Virus record (IMG/VR): IMGVR_UViG_3300032323_003671
Location: 1 to 64,000 of that record
Source of the DNA: a virus
Direction: 5' to 3' (one strand)
Length of the DNA stretch: 64,000 bases
Each line of letters begins with the position of its first letter. Positions within the stretch are counted from its first letter, which is position 1. A model generated the notes under the pieces. It saw only the letters and a list, made by a program, of their open reading frames with translations, ran no database searches and was not told the DNA's origin. The position numbers and the translations under genes are program-made. Below are positions 37,422 through 47,595 of the stretch, piece by piece.

Positions 37422-38174
37422 ATGAACGCAACAGAAAAAGAATTGCATCGCTTTTTAGGGGTAGCTGAAAAAATGTCTGGATACGATGGTATGGACTATG
37501 AAGGCGACCTTTCGTCTTTTGACGATATGGATTTCTTTGATGGTGGAGAAGGTATTAACGACCCGATGTCTTTCGCTGATGGTGGAGCATCAACCGTTAA
37601 CGTTTCTAACCCATACGTTATCCAATATGTTAACTCAACACCAGGTACTCTTACCGCTGTGTTGTTCGGTTACAACAACTTCTTTAATGATCCAACAGGT
37701 CAGTTCGGCAACCCAGTGGGTATCACCGTAACCAACTTGCAAGGTTCATCTTATGCTGCCTTGATTGGTCAGACTTCAAACAAAGCATTCCAAATTGGAA
37801 AATGGCGTTTTCAGTCTGCTTCAGCTGGTCAGTTGAGCCAAACACTTACTGTATCACATTTCGATGCGAACGGTAACCAATACTCAACTCCGTTGAACTT
37901 ATCAATCATGCGTGATGCTTACCAGTTCCAGTCAGATATCTTGGATATCACCAAGGTAATCACAGTGGACGGTAACACTCAAATCACGTTCCCATTGTTA
38001 GCGTTGACTACATTGGTAATCTCTATGTTCCCAGTAAGCGTTGTTAGTACTAAAGCAGTACTTAACGGTGGTATAGCTCTTAACAAAGCAGTTGCTCCAC
38101 GTCTTTCTGGTAAAAACGTAGCACCAGTGATTATCAACACTAATCAAAGAGTTGGTGGCGTAACCAAAGCGTAG
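37422..38174 (+). CDS. candidate major capsid protein (beta-rich, possibly single jelly-roll) with acidic N-terminal propeptide
   Basis: High-expression codon bias (TTC/AAC/ATC/GGT/CGT), own promoter and terminator, near the packaging ATPase, two paralogs; fold not verified. Confidence 0.6.
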   Translation: MNATEKELHRFLGVAEKMSGYDGMDYEGDLSSFDDMDFFDGGEGINDPMSFADGGASTVNVSNPYVIQYVNSTPGTLTAVLFGYNNFFNDPTGQFGNPVGITVTNLQGSSYAALIGQTSNKAFQIGKWRFQSASAGQLSQTLTVSHFDANGNQYSTPLNLSIMRDAYQFQSDILDITKVITVDGNTQITFPLLALTTLVISMFPVSVVSTKAVLNGGIALNKAVAPRLSGKNVAPVIINTNQRVGGVTKA

Positions 38175-38198
38175 ATAAAAAACCGATCGCTATAAAAG

Positions 38199-38234
38199 AA
38201 AGGCAGAGTCGTATAACGTCTTTGCCTTTTTTTT
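38199..38234 (+). terminator. intrinsic terminator after the capsid gene
   Basis: AAAGGCAGAG...CTTTGCCTTT plus T tract. Confidence 0.8.
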
Positions 38235-38249
38235 CTTAAAATCATTAGT

Positions 38250-38750
38250 ATGAGAAGAAATCCAGAACGTACAAATCAACTTCAACAGCGAGTAACTTTA
38301 CTTGGTACTATTGCCAATGGTTCTACAGCAAAAGCTAGAAACCTATTGAAAAAATACAAGATGCCAGATGCAGTTAATCATGAAGATTTAGAATATAAGC
38401 TAACTCAGTTATATCATCAGCAAGGTGATAAGATTGAGCTTGAAAAAGATTTGGCAATGATTCATCCTCACAAAGATTTTATCTTGAAATATTCTCAAAT
38501 TAAAAAAGAAGAGCCAACAGATATGGAAGCACCTTTGGAAAAAACAAAGCAAGCCATTACAGAAACTAGTTCTTGTGCTTGTGGTTGTGGATCAATGGGA
38601 TTTGATGGAGTAAAATCGAATGCATCAGGTTATTCAAATGCTGCTGGTGATGCCTCAGTAGCAAGCCCAATGGGTACAAATACAGGCATGATAGTTATCG
38701 GAGTTCTTGGGATGGTTACAGTCCTTGCATTAACTCTAAATAGACAATAA
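38250..38750 (+). CDS. putative virion membrane protein (C-terminal TM, CACGC, SNAxG motifs)
   Basis: KSNASGYSNAAG; hydrophobic tail. Confidence 0.7.
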   Translation: MRRNPERTNQLQQRVTLLGTIANGSTAKARNLLKKYKMPDAVNHEDLEYKLTQLYHQQGDKIELEKDLAMIHPHKDFILKYSQIKKEEPTDMEAPLEKTKQAITETSSCACGCGSMGFDGVKSNASGYSNAAGDASVASPMGTNTGMIVIGVLGMVTVLALTLNRQ

Positions 38751-39208
38751 TGGACGTAGTTTGCCTTGATAAGACACCAATTCTGATTCATAACACAGAG
38801 CATAAAAACTTTGTTGAAACAGATAAGTCAGTTCCGAAAGGAACAAAAATGACAGGTCAATTTATGAATGTTATTGGCAAAAGAAAAGGAAAAGAATTTA
38901 CATATCGCCTATTCAAAGATGAAGATGGCGTAATTGTTTACCAAAATAAAGTAAAACCGATGGAAGTAACATTGAACGCAACAGGAGATGATGAAACAAG
39001 AGTTATCACATTCCCAAATGTACAAGACAATCTAAAAACGCATGCTATTGTTTCAGCAGGTGCAGCAGTAATTGCTTTTGCTGTGGCAAAACGCATGGGC
39101 AAAGCCAACAAAACAGCATTTTGGGCAGCGGCAGGTTCTGCAGTTGTAGGTTATGTAGCTGTAAGTATGATTGCAAAAAACCAAAGAATTAAATACCAAA
39201 AAATTTAG
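38750..39208 (+). CDS. putative virion membrane protein (two C-terminal TMs)
   Basis: TLNATG followed by an Ala-rich hairpin. Confidence 0.7.
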   Translation: MDVVCLDKTPILIHNTEHKNFVETDKSVPKGTKMTGQFMNVIGKRKGKEFTYRLFKDEDGVIVYQNKVKPMEVTLNATGDDETRVITFPNVQDNLKTHAIVSAGAAVIAFAVAKRMGKANKTAFWAAAGSAVVGYVAVSMIAKNQRIKYQKI

Positions 39209-39210
39209 TC

Positions 39211-40458
39211 ATGGAAGAAATTCAAAACTATAACCAGGTTGTCGTAAATCTTGATTCTGAAGGTGGTATTAGTGTGAACACACCTACAACTACTTTCGAG
39301 GAGGCGTTTATGGGTGAAGAATTTTCTGAAGCTCAGGGTAAAAGAAGAGCAAAGAAACAATCTCGCAAAATCCAAAAAACTACTGATAAGCGTGCAAGAA
39401 AAACTGCAAAACGTGGCAAAAAGTCTGATCGTCAAGAAGAAAGACTTGGCAGACGTGCTACTCGTAAGTCTTTAAAACAAGACATTCGTGATGAGCAAGC
39501 GGAACGCAGACAAACACGTAGGTCAAGAAGACCATCTGCAGTTGATCAAATCGTTTCAGCAAGGGAAAAAATGCGCCCAGAAGAAGAATACGTTGAAGAA
39601 ACATTCCAAGAAGGTTTCAGAGATGAAGAATATGATAACAAATATTATCCTTCTGATGAGCAAGAAGAACAAGAATACAATGATTCTGAAGAATTAGATC
39701 AAGATTACCAAGATGATCAAGATTATCAAGATGAATCAGAGTATGAAGAAGACGAAGCTGATTATGGTGATGATTCTGAATCCGAAGGTATGGATGAAGA
39801 AATTATCTATGACGAAGAGAATAATTTCACAGGAGAAATGAGTGGTAAAAAACCAGTTCCCAAAGAAATTATGGATTGTTGTATGAAAATCGAATGGAAC
39901 GATGAACTAATTGCTCGCTTGAAAGATGCAAAGCAAAAAAATAGTTTGTCTGATGTTTCAACGATGAGAATTCAAGATGTCATTGATGAGAAACAATCTC
40001 GCATGAATGAATTAAAGAGTTCACTTGATGATTATGCTAAACAATCTCCTGAGAATGCTGCAATTGCGAAAGAAGCTAGAATGAAAGCTCGTAAAGAACG
40101 CATGAAAATTTGTCCTTATCCAATTCGCAAAAGACTTCGTGAACGTGGAATGAGTGATCAACAAATAAATGAGTGGTGGACAAAAACAGGTCAACAAAAA
40201 ATTGAGCAAAAAATGTCCAACGCTGCTGGTATGCCAAGCGTAAGTACTCGTGAAGAATCTACAAGAATTGCAGATTTTGAAGAGCCAGTTTTGGACTATG
40301 ATCAACCAAAAACACAAGTAGTTGATATTGATGAGAATGGAGAAGTAAAATCAAACATGACAGGTGAAAATAAAGACTTTTGGAAGTCTGTACTCATTGG
40401 TTCATTAGTCGGTTTTGCAGCTATTTATGCCATTAACAAATACAAATTGTTGAAATAA
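39211..40458 (+). CDS. putative virion protein with basic and acidic tracts and C-terminal TM
   Basis: FSEAQG plus R/K tract, D/E tract, SNAAG, SNMTG, TM; related to 54434. Confidence 0.75.
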   Translation: MEEIQNYNQVVVNLDSEGGISVNTPTTTFEEAFMGEEFSEAQGKRRAKKQSRKIQKTTDKRARKTAKRGKKSDRQEERLGRRATRKSLKQDIRDEQAERRQTRRSRRPSAVDQIVSAREKMRPEEEYVEETFQEGFRDEEYDNKYYPSDEQEEQEYNDSEELDQDYQDDQDYQDESEYEEDEADYGDDSESEGMDEEIIYDEENNFTGEMSGKKPVPKEIMDCCMKIEWNDELIARLKDAKQKNSLSDVSTMRIQDVIDEKQSRMNELKSSLDDYAKQSPENAAIAKEARMKARKERMKICPYPIRKRLRERGMSDQQINEWWTKTGQQKIEQKMSNAAGMPSVSTREESTRIADFEEPVLDYDQPKTQVVDIDENGEVKSNMTGENKDFWKSVLIGSLVGFAAIYAINKYKLLK

Positions 40459-40730
40459 TGACTATCTATCAAACACTTTACAATTCTGATAACAAGGAAG
40501 CTGAATATCAGAAAAGAGGTAAAACCTGGTACAAAAGAAAGAAAGGTTCAAGTGAGAATTGGTATAAAGTGGATTCTAAATATTTTTCCAATTTGAACTC
40601 TAAATTTAAAGATGCACCATTTCTTTACAACTATACTACTACTGCAAAAGTAGGAGCGGCAGCGTTATTGGTTTTAGCTGGTTACATCACTTATAAGAAG
40701 TTTTATGGACTACAAAAGATATCAAAATAA
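40458..40730 (+). CDS. small membrane protein
   Basis: C-terminal TM. Confidence 0.7.
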   Translation: MTIYQTLYNSDNKEAEYQKRGKTWYKRKKGSSENWYKVDSKYFSNLNSKFKDAPFLYNYTTTAKVGAAALLVLAGYITYKKFYGLQKISK

Positions 40731-41316
40731 GCATCGTAAAATGATGAATAAACTTGGTCAGATTATCGTTACTGATAAATCAGACTTTGTTTCTATGCTT
40801 GATGCATCAAATACTCCTTACGCAAGTCAGGATGATTCTGATTTAATCAAGGCATTCATTATTGATATTCCAGAAAATGATCAGTTGAAAGTTTTGACTT
40901 CATACATGCTTGAAGACAAACTTTCGGCAACTCCATCAGTAGATAATGAAGCAGTTTATGAAAACTACGAAACTATTTACAATTATTGGGATTTTGATGT
41001 TACTGAAGATTACATGAAATCAAATGCTGTAGGTGCTATTGCAGGTGCAGTAAGTGCAGGTGCAAACTTGACAAATACTGCATTACAAGGCCGACAACAG
41101 CGTAAATATGGTGCTACAATGGCAGCACAAAAGCAAGCTGAATCAAAAACAGAGCTTTTAAAAGGATTAATCGCTCAGAAACAAGCGGAGGCGGATAAAA
41201 CTAAATCCATTGAAGAGAATAAATCCAAGACTAAAAGAAATCTGATTATTGCAGGATCTATTGTCGCAGGATTGACAATTGTTGGCGTGGCTATTTACTT
41301 TATAAGAAGAAAATGA
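40705..41316 (+). CDS. putative virion membrane protein
   Basis: KSNAVGAIAGAV, coiled coil, C-terminal TM ending RRK. Confidence 0.7.
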   Translation: MDYKRYQNKHRKMMNKLGQIIVTDKSDFVSMLDASNTPYASQDDSDLIKAFIIDIPENDQLKVLTSYMLEDKLSATPSVDNEAVYENYETIYNYWDFDVTEDYMKSNAVGAIAGAVSAGANLTNTALQGRQQRKYGATMAAQKQAESKTELLKGLIAQKQAEADKTKSIEENKSKTKRNLIIAGSIVAGLTIVGVAIYFIRRK

Positions 41317-41420
41317 GAAAGATTTTATCCATAATCGCTTTAGGTGGTGTCCTTTATGGTATTTATAAAGGATATGAAAGAGCCAAGCGAACTCAGCAAA
41401 ACGTAAAATTGCAATCATGA
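41313..41420 (+). CDS. 35-aa membrane peptide
   Basis: MRKILSIIALGGVLYGIYKG..., ATGA-coupled at both ends. Confidence 0.6.
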   Translation: MRKILSIIALGGVLYGIYKGYERAKRTQQNVKLQS

Positions 41421-41731
41421 AACTCAGTAAAAAACATTATATGATTGGTGGTGGATTGCTACTCGCAAGTTTGGCTGCATATTACTATTTTGGTTCGGCA
41501 ACAGTAAATCAATTTTACGAATTCGAAGTAGCTTCTAATCAATCAGGCCAAGGCATTTTCTATAGCGTAGATATGCGTAAATATGAGAAAGCTAGAAATG
41601 AGTTTTCAAGGAACTTAACTCGTTCAGAAGCCAGAGAATTGATTAACTTAGTAAAACAAAAAAAATATAACCAACGATATGAAACCCTAATTAAAAAATG
41701 GGGATTGACATCGGTTAAATCTGAAAAATGA
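41417..41731 (+). CDS. membrane protein (N-terminal TM)
   Basis: IGGGLLLASLAAYYYF. Confidence 0.7.
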   Translation: MKLSKKHYMIGGGLLLASLAAYYYFGSATVNQFYEFEVASNQSGQGIFYSVDMRKYEKARNEFSRNLTRSEARELINLVKQKKYNQRYETLIKKWGLTSVKSEK

Positions 41732-42225
41732 AAAAGTCATATATCATAACAAAAGACGTAAAATCTCCAGTTGTTGTAAGTAGCCAAGTCGCTCACAAAC
41801 CAGCACAAGTAAGATTTCAGACATTTCGCAGAGGACAAATTGTTCAAGGTGAATTAAAACATGCAGACAATAAGCCTGCATTTGTTTTGGTCGGACGTAT
41901 GTGTGTCATTCCAGTAAATTGCGTAAAAGAATTGCAAGGAAAAGAAATTACATCAAATTTCAATGATCAAGATGGCCAAAGCCAAGCACCTGCTCAAAAG
42001 AAAACAATTCAAGTAGAGAATCCAAAAATCAAATACATGGATGCCCTTTTGATTGGTGGTGTGGTTGGATATGCAGCAGTGCATGTAGCAATTCAGAAAG
42101 GTTATATTCAAAGTGAAGATCCCAAAGCAAAAATTTATGGTGCTTTAGGTGGCGCAGTGCTAGGCATGTACCTAGTATATAGAAATGTTAGTAGTCAAAA
42201 ACCAAAAACAACTCCAAAACAATGA
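41728..42225 (+). CDS. putative virion membrane protein (two C-terminal TMs)
   Basis: Architecture like 38750. Confidence 0.7.
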   Translation: MKKSYIITKDVKSPVVVSSQVAHKPAQVRFQTFRRGQIVQGELKHADNKPAFVLVGRMCVIPVNCVKELQGKEITSNFNDQDGQSQAPAQKKTIQVENPKIKYMDALLIGGVVGYAAVHVAIQKGYIQSEDPKAKIYGALGGAVLGMYLVYRNVSSQKPKTTPKQ

Positions 42226-42587
42226 TTAGTGTAGAAACAGCTCGTCCAGTATATTCAGCTTTTGGTGGTAAGGATCTTACTCCAGAACAAAAGAAAGAAC
42301 GTCAAAAAAAACGTATCGAAAAAGCAAAACAAATCTATCAAACTGCAAAAGAGACAGGTAGCTTAACAGCACTTGAAAATATTGCAATGAGAGCAGGTGC
42401 GCCATTAGCTCCCACAACTGATCCAAACTCAGGTGGTGGTGCAGGTGTTGGCACAAATGGTGATCCAAAAGGAAAAGGATGGGCAGACCTATCTACTCCT
42501 TATAAAGTAGGTATCATTGGTGGCAGCCTTTTAGTTGTAGGTGTAGCTGTTTGGTATTTTGGATTTAGAAACAAAGCAAAGAAGTAA
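42222..42587 (+). CDS. putative virion membrane protein, paralog of 54982
   Basis: MISVETARPVYSAFG vs MIEVNTARPVYSNAIG; basic tract; C-terminal TM. Confidence 0.75.
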   Translation: MISVETARPVYSAFGGKDLTPEQKKERQKKRIEKAKQIYQTAKETGSLTALENIAMRAGAPLAPTTDPNSGGGAGVGTNGDPKGKGWADLSTPYKVGIIGGSLLVVGVAVWYFGFRNKAKK

Positions 42588-43363
42588 TGGAACAAACTTG
42601 GGAAACGGATAAAAGATCGCTTTCCTTGAATGTTTCAATTAAATGTCAAGGCAAATGCAAATTTCGTGTAGTTGCCACAGATTTTAATGTAAACACCAAG
42701 TATGCTGATCGTACAATTGAAGTAGATGGTTTTCGAACAATCTATTTGTCTTTTGTAACATCTCCAGAGAAAGTGAGAATCATTGTAACTCCAAAAGGAG
42801 ATACAAACAACTATTTGGTGGATATCAAAGAGAAACCACTAAAGACATATCAGATTTATCTTGACGAACAAGCGAAGAAATTTGTAAAGTTTGCACAAGA
42901 ATTTTCTAGTGTATGTGGATACTCTAAAGCAACACCACAAGGCCGATTTTTCAGAACTAAGGACAAAGAGTTCTCAATTCGTTTTTATCCTTTCATTTCC
43001 CAAAATGGAAAAGTAAGCACCTCGCCTGCTAGAATTGGCCACAATACTGGTATTATTGACGTATCTAAACTTCATTTTGATAGATATACAATACCAATGA
43101 GAATGATTATTCTTTTACACGAATTTTCTCATAAGTATCGTAATCCTAAGATCGATCTTGAAATATCAAATGAGTTTGGGGCAGATTTAAACGCATTATA
43201 CATATATTTGGGATTAGGTTACTCCAAGGTGGATGCAATCTTTGTTTTTGCTAATGTATTTTTGAAAGCTCAGACCGATCAGAATATAATGCGCATGCGT
43301 AAAATCATGGATTACATTCAGAAATTCGAAAATGGAGAAATCGCCAAACCATTGACAAATTAA
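42587..43363 (+). CDS. zinc metalloprotease (gluzincin-like), candidate maturation protease
   Basis: ILLHEFSH followed by NEFGAD (HExxH...ExxAD). Confidence 0.7.
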   Translation: MEQTWETDKRSLSLNVSIKCQGKCKFRVVATDFNVNTKYADRTIEVDGFRTIYLSFVTSPEKVRIIVTPKGDTNNYLVDIKEKPLKTYQIYLDEQAKKFVKFAQEFSSVCGYSKATPQGRFFRTKDKEFSIRFYPFISQNGKVSTSPARIGHNTGIIDVSKLHFDRYTIPMRMIILLHEFSHKYRNPKIDLEISNEFGADLNALYIYLGLGYSKVDAIFVFANVFLKAQTDQNIMRMRKIMDYIQKFENGEIAKPLTN

Positions 43364-43364
43364 T

Positions 43365-44309
43365 ATGAATATCTGGGAAGAAGATATCAATGAATGGGAT
43401 GGATCATCTTACGATGATTTGTTCGAAAATAATTCTCAAAACTTAGATGATTTTGAGAATGAACCTGATATTATGGATATCGAGGATATCGATTTTAGTG
43501 GCATTAATGGAAAATCAACAAAAGAAAAACTTCGCAAAATTTCCAGAAAGACTGTTTCAGCTCGTATAGTTCCCAAAAAAAAAAGACTGAGTAGTGATAA
43601 GTCAATTTCAAGAAAAATAGTTGCGAAGCGAAATGTTGAATATGTTTTTAGTAAAAACAAAGGCCGACAAACCACCACTGAGATAAAACTCCCTGATAAT
43701 CGTGAGGTTCTTATTAAAGGTGTAGATGAGTTTATTCTATCCCAAGGTAGTGATCAAGTAAAGAATATAGGTTATTACAAAGGCGAGAAACTTCGTGAGC
43801 TTGTCCTAATCATAAATAATACTACTCCAAACGACATTGACATTGAATTTTTCAATCTTTCAACTCCTTTGGATTACATGTATGCAACTGCCAATAACTT
43901 AAACAATCTGATTCAAGTAGCTGGTGATAACAAGGTTAGTTACTCCGACATGTTGTTTAACTTATTAGCAAATCCAACAATTTTGCCAAACGCAAAATTT
44001 AGTTTATCTGGGCCTTTCAAAGATGCTCAGTATGCTCAACCAATGATTTTCAAGAATAAAAATATTGCAGGTTTTGAAAAAGTACATCCAATTCAAAACT
44101 CCTTGAATATCGATATAGATCAGAATCAAAATGATATTGTTTATTGGGATATAGAACAGAGCTTAGGACGATTATTTTGTCCTGATGGTATGGACGTGAT
44201 GCAATATAAAGTTCTTGCAGGCATGTCCGTTATTTTTGGCTTCTACTATAAGCAAATCAGTTTGAAAAAAGTATTTATCCCAGAACTTAGAAATAAAGGT
44301 ATCCTATGA
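43365..44309 (+). CDS. second capsid-family protein with acidic and basic N-terminal extension
   Basis: C-half INNTT...SYSDML...QP...DIDQNQNDI...DG..V.Y.VLA...V aligns with 37422. Confidence 0.6.
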   Translation: MNIWEEDINEWDGSSYDDLFENNSQNLDDFENEPDIMDIEDIDFSGINGKSTKEKLRKISRKTVSARIVPKKKRLSSDKSISRKIVAKRNVEYVFSKNKGRQTTTEIKLPDNREVLIKGVDEFILSQGSDQVKNIGYYKGEKLRELVLIINNTTPNDIDIEFFNLSTPLDYMYATANNLNNLIQVAGDNKVSYSDMLFNLLANPTILPNAKFSLSGPFKDAQYAQPMIFKNKNIAGFEKVHPIQNSLNIDIDQNQNDIVYWDIEQSLGRLFCPDGMDVMQYKVLAGMSVIFGFYYKQISLKKVFIPELRNKGIL

Positions 44310-46543
44310 TGCTCGATTCACAAAAATATCAGAATACTACTAGGACAATTACTGGTCTAGTGAATTTCGTATTTAATACGGATACGATTATCATTTGCGA
44401 TACAACACTTGGGCCAGTGCAAATCGAATTGTTAGAAATTCCTGCAAATAGTTGGAACACAACTAGGAAATTCTATTTTTTAGATTCTGGTAATGCTACA
44501 GCAAATAACATTACGATTACTGCACCTGCAGGTTATACGATTAATGGTCAATCTACTTTAGTATTGAATGCCAATAATCAAAATGCTTTAGTTCGAGTGG
44601 GATCAAATACTGATTATCTCGCATATACTTCTACTGGTAATGGGTCAAACCTTGCAGTTCTAAATCAAGGCGTTCAGATTACTCCTAGTGCTGTTTCAAT
44701 GAACTTCTTAGGAATTCAAGCTACAGCTGTAGGAAATGCTGTTACGATTCAGAATAATTTCATTTCTGGAACGTATGCTCAGATCGCTTTACTTGCATCT
44801 TCAAATCAATTGATACCAAGTCAAGGATATCAAATTACCAATGCCTTGTTTGGATCATTACCAACAACAAATATATCGGTCTATCTTCAAGCCATTTCTT
44901 CAAATGAATTATCGTTATCAGGTTCAGGTTATTTCTTCAATGCCGATTACGATGGTGCTGGTGTCTATACAGGAATCCCTGGTTTTGTTGCTCAATTAGG
45001 TATTTGGTCTTTGAGCCTATTGCCTGTTATTGGAGACGTATGTATTTGGAACAATTTACATTACGTGAATACGACAGGAGCAAATGGGTTGACTAATCCT
45101 CAATCAGATGCAGTAAACTGGACTTTGTTAAGCTATAGTGCTACTAACGGTTATATCGTTGAAGTAGATGCAATAGAATACGATTTTAGCACCAATAGAA
45201 TTATCAGAAGAACGGATAAAAGATTAAATACAGTCGAATGGTGTATTGCTTTTGCTGGATATGATAGTTTCAATCATTTTAGATGGGGTGATAACAAATG
45301 TTTCAACAATATTATTTTAGGATCTGTTCTTTACAATTGTAATAATCAAAAAGATTCAGTATTCAATACTTTGAACAAGTCTTCGGTTATTGTAGGATCT
45401 GCCACTGTAGGTGGTAGTGTAGAAATGACTCAAAATCAAATTTCAAATTCTTTGGTATTCATGCCTTTTGAATCATTAGGAGGCGAATCATTCTTTTTGA
45501 ACTCAATTAATTTTTGTTCACTTGTATTTGGTAAGAACAATTTTACAATTACCGACACAGGCACTTTCGGTAGAAATGTCATGAACAATTCTACTTTGGC
45601 AAATATTACTTTTGAAGGCCAATACACAAATAATATTTTTGATAATTGTACTTCTGGCACTTTGAATCAAAATAGATTTGGTTCTATTTCATATAATGTT
45701 ATTGATAATTCAAATTTTGATATTTTCAATAATAGTGGAGTAGTTTTAAATAATGAAATCAGATCTAGTAGTACATTCTCTATTACTAGTCTCAACACTG
45801 GTGATATTATTTCTAATGAAGTTTCATTTGCTTCAGTATTTACAATTGGCATTAACTCATCAAATATTGAGAAAAACATTATTAAGAGTACTTCCAATGT
45901 TTTATTGGCAAACAATTCAAATCAGGTATTTAATAATTTCATTATGAATACCACATTTAATTGTGCGAATACTCAAACTTCTAGAGTTATTGGAAATACA
46001 TGGTACACTTCTTCGGTAAGTATTGCTAATTGTAATGGTAACGTTACTGACAATACATTCAAAAATAGCAGTCTAACAATTTCAACATTAAGTGTATCAA
46101 TTTCTGAAAACAATGTCAATAATGGAACGCTTAATGTAACAACTTTGAGTACAGCAATTTCTGGTGGTATTTATATCGATGGAGTAGCCACAACGCAATA
46201 TGTACTTAATTTGAATGATCCTGCAGTGTTCAATGCAGGAACTTTAACTATTGCAAATGGTATTGCTTCATTCTTTGGAGTTTACACTTTGCTAAATTGT
46301 GCAGGACAAAACATTACCAAAATTGTAAATCCAAATCCAAACGTTCCAATTCGTTTAATTCCAGATGCAAACACTGTTATTTTGACTAGAACAGCAGTAG
46401 GTGGAGCGGTAGCAAACGATATTATTGCTTCCACAGCCACAGCATCATGGACATTGACTTATAGAGCATCAGGTTGTGATTCAATTCAGTTAAGAAGATT
46501 AAATACTCTCAATGGAGTAATAGAAACAGAAATTTACGTTTAA
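44306..46543 (+). CDS. spike/receptor-binding protein with beta-helix region
   Basis: N/S/T-rich repeating beta-strands; N-terminal domain related to 53181. Confidence 0.65.
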   Translation: MMLDSQKYQNTTRTITGLVNFVFNTDTIIICDTTLGPVQIELLEIPANSWNTTRKFYFLDSGNATANNITITAPAGYTINGQSTLVLNANNQNALVRVGSNTDYLAYTSTGNGSNLAVLNQGVQITPSAVSMNFLGIQATAVGNAVTIQNNFISGTYAQIALLASSNQLIPSQGYQITNALFGSLPTTNISVYLQAISSNELSLSGSGYFFNADYDGAGVYTGIPGFVAQLGIWSLSLLPVIGDVCIWNNLHYVNTTGANGLTNPQSDAVNWTLLSYSATNGYIVEVDAIEYDFSTNRIIRRTDKRLNTVEWCIAFAGYDSFNHFRWGDNKCFNNIILGSVLYNCNNQKDSVFNTLNKSSVIVGSATVGGSVEMTQNQISNSLVFMPFESLGGESFFLNSINFCSLVFGKNNFTITDTGTFGRNVMNNSTLANITFEGQYTNNIFDNCTSGTLNQNRFGSISYNVIDNSNFDIFNNSGVVLNNEIRSSSTFSITSLNTGDIISNEVSFASVFTIGINSSNIEKNIIKSTSNVLLANNSNQVFNNFIMNTTFNCANTQTSRVIGNTWYTSSVSIANCNGNVTDNTFKNSSLTISTLSVSISENNVNNGTLNVTTLSTAISGGIYIDGVATTQYVLNLNDPAVFNAGTLTIANGIASFFGVYTLLNCAGQNITKIVNPNPNVPIRLIPDANTVILTRTAVGGAVANDIIASTATASWTLTYRASGCDSIQLRRLNTLNGVIETEIYV

Positions 46544-46553
46544 AATATAAAAT

Positions 46554-47063
46554 ATGGCAGCATCATCCGCAGCAAGCGCAGTATATAGTGGTCTTGATCC
46601 AAGATTGAAATTTGGTTTACAAATTGGCGCAGTAATAGTAGTAGGAGTAGTAGTATATCAATTGGTGAAAAAATCAAATCAGTTTTTTGATGATCAAGCT
46701 AACAGAGACGAAAACCAAAGTACAGCTAATGAACTTGAACAACTAAACAAGAATCCATCTACACGCCAAAAGATTTCTAATTCTCAGGCGCAAGCCTATG
46801 CAAATAGTATCTATGGATCGATGCAAGGTATTGGTACAGATGAGCAAGCTATCAAAGACATTTTCTACAACATTAAAAATGATGCAGACTTTCTTGCCAT
46901 CAAAAAATATTTTGGCACAAAAACAATTTGGTCAGGAACTCCAGTTTTCGTAGCTGATTTCAGAGGAACTTTAGTGCCATGTTTAAGAAATGAACTAAGT
47001 GCATACTGGGTCAATGCAATCAACAAAATACTTCGTGATAAGAAAATCAAGTATCGTGTATAA
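46554..47063 (+). CDS. membrane-anchored annexin-repeat-like protein
   Basis: ANSIYGSMQGIGTDEQAIKDIF...I...FG...L..ELS matches the annexin GxGTDE motif; N-terminal TM. Confidence 0.6.
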   Translation: MAASSAASAVYSGLDPRLKFGLQIGAVIVVGVVVYQLVKKSNQFFDDQANRDENQSTANELEQLNKNPSTRQKISNSQAQAYANSIYGSMQGIGTDEQAIKDIFYNIKNDADFLAIKKYFGTKTIWSGTPVFVADFRGTLVPCLRNELSAYWVNAINKILRDKKIKYRV

Positions 47064-47111
47064 AAAATAAGTATTTTTATACCAGATATTTTGATCCATC
47101 GCCTAATTTAG

Positions 47112-47143
47112 AGTGCATTTTTATCATGAAAATGCACTTTTTT
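47112..47143 (+). terminator. intrinsic terminator
   Basis: AGTGCATTTT...AAAATGCACT plus T tract. Confidence 0.75.
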
Positions 47144-47159
47144 ATTTATATCAATTTTG

Positions 47160-47278
47160 TTAGTGGTTAATTTCGAACAATTTAATCTTTCATGAATTGA
47201 ATTGAAGGCCATTCGTATTATTTATATTTGAAGATTAAATCTATTGATTTACTATTTATTTATCAAAAATCGAAAAAA
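47160..47278 (+). promoter_or_regulatory. late promoter module, copy 2
   Basis: TTAGTGGTTAATTTCGAACAATTTAAT...TTCGTATT...TATATTTGAAGA...CGAAAAAAATG. Confidence 0.75.
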
Positions 47279-47494
47279 ATGAAATTAATTCAAGATTCAA
47301 CAGCGAAAATTAAAGCAAATCCTATCTCTTCTGTAGTAGGTGGTGTAGCAGGTTTTTACGTAACTCGTAAATATATCTCTACAAAATGGTGGGCTTTAAG
47401 TCTTGGTGCAGTAGTTGGTTTAGTTGGTGGTGCAATGACAGGAAGTGCTATTGCAGCAAAATCAACAACTCCAAAAGCAGCAGACGTAAAATAA
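47279..47494 (+). CDS. glycine-zipper small membrane protein
   Basis: Likely start ATG 47279; two GxxxG-rich TMs; own promoter and downstream hairpin (47518-47574). Confidence 0.75.
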   Translation: MKLIQDSTAKIKANPISSVVGGVAGFYVTRKYISTKWWALSLGAVVGLVGGAMTGSAIAAKSTTPKAADVK

Positions 47495-47595
47495 GAAAAA
47501 CGTCTTTCTTAGATCTTTAAGGGCAAAGAATCCAATATGTCAATGTATAGTGGTTAATAGCACCTTTGCCCTTATTTCTTATTTAATTTCTGTTT

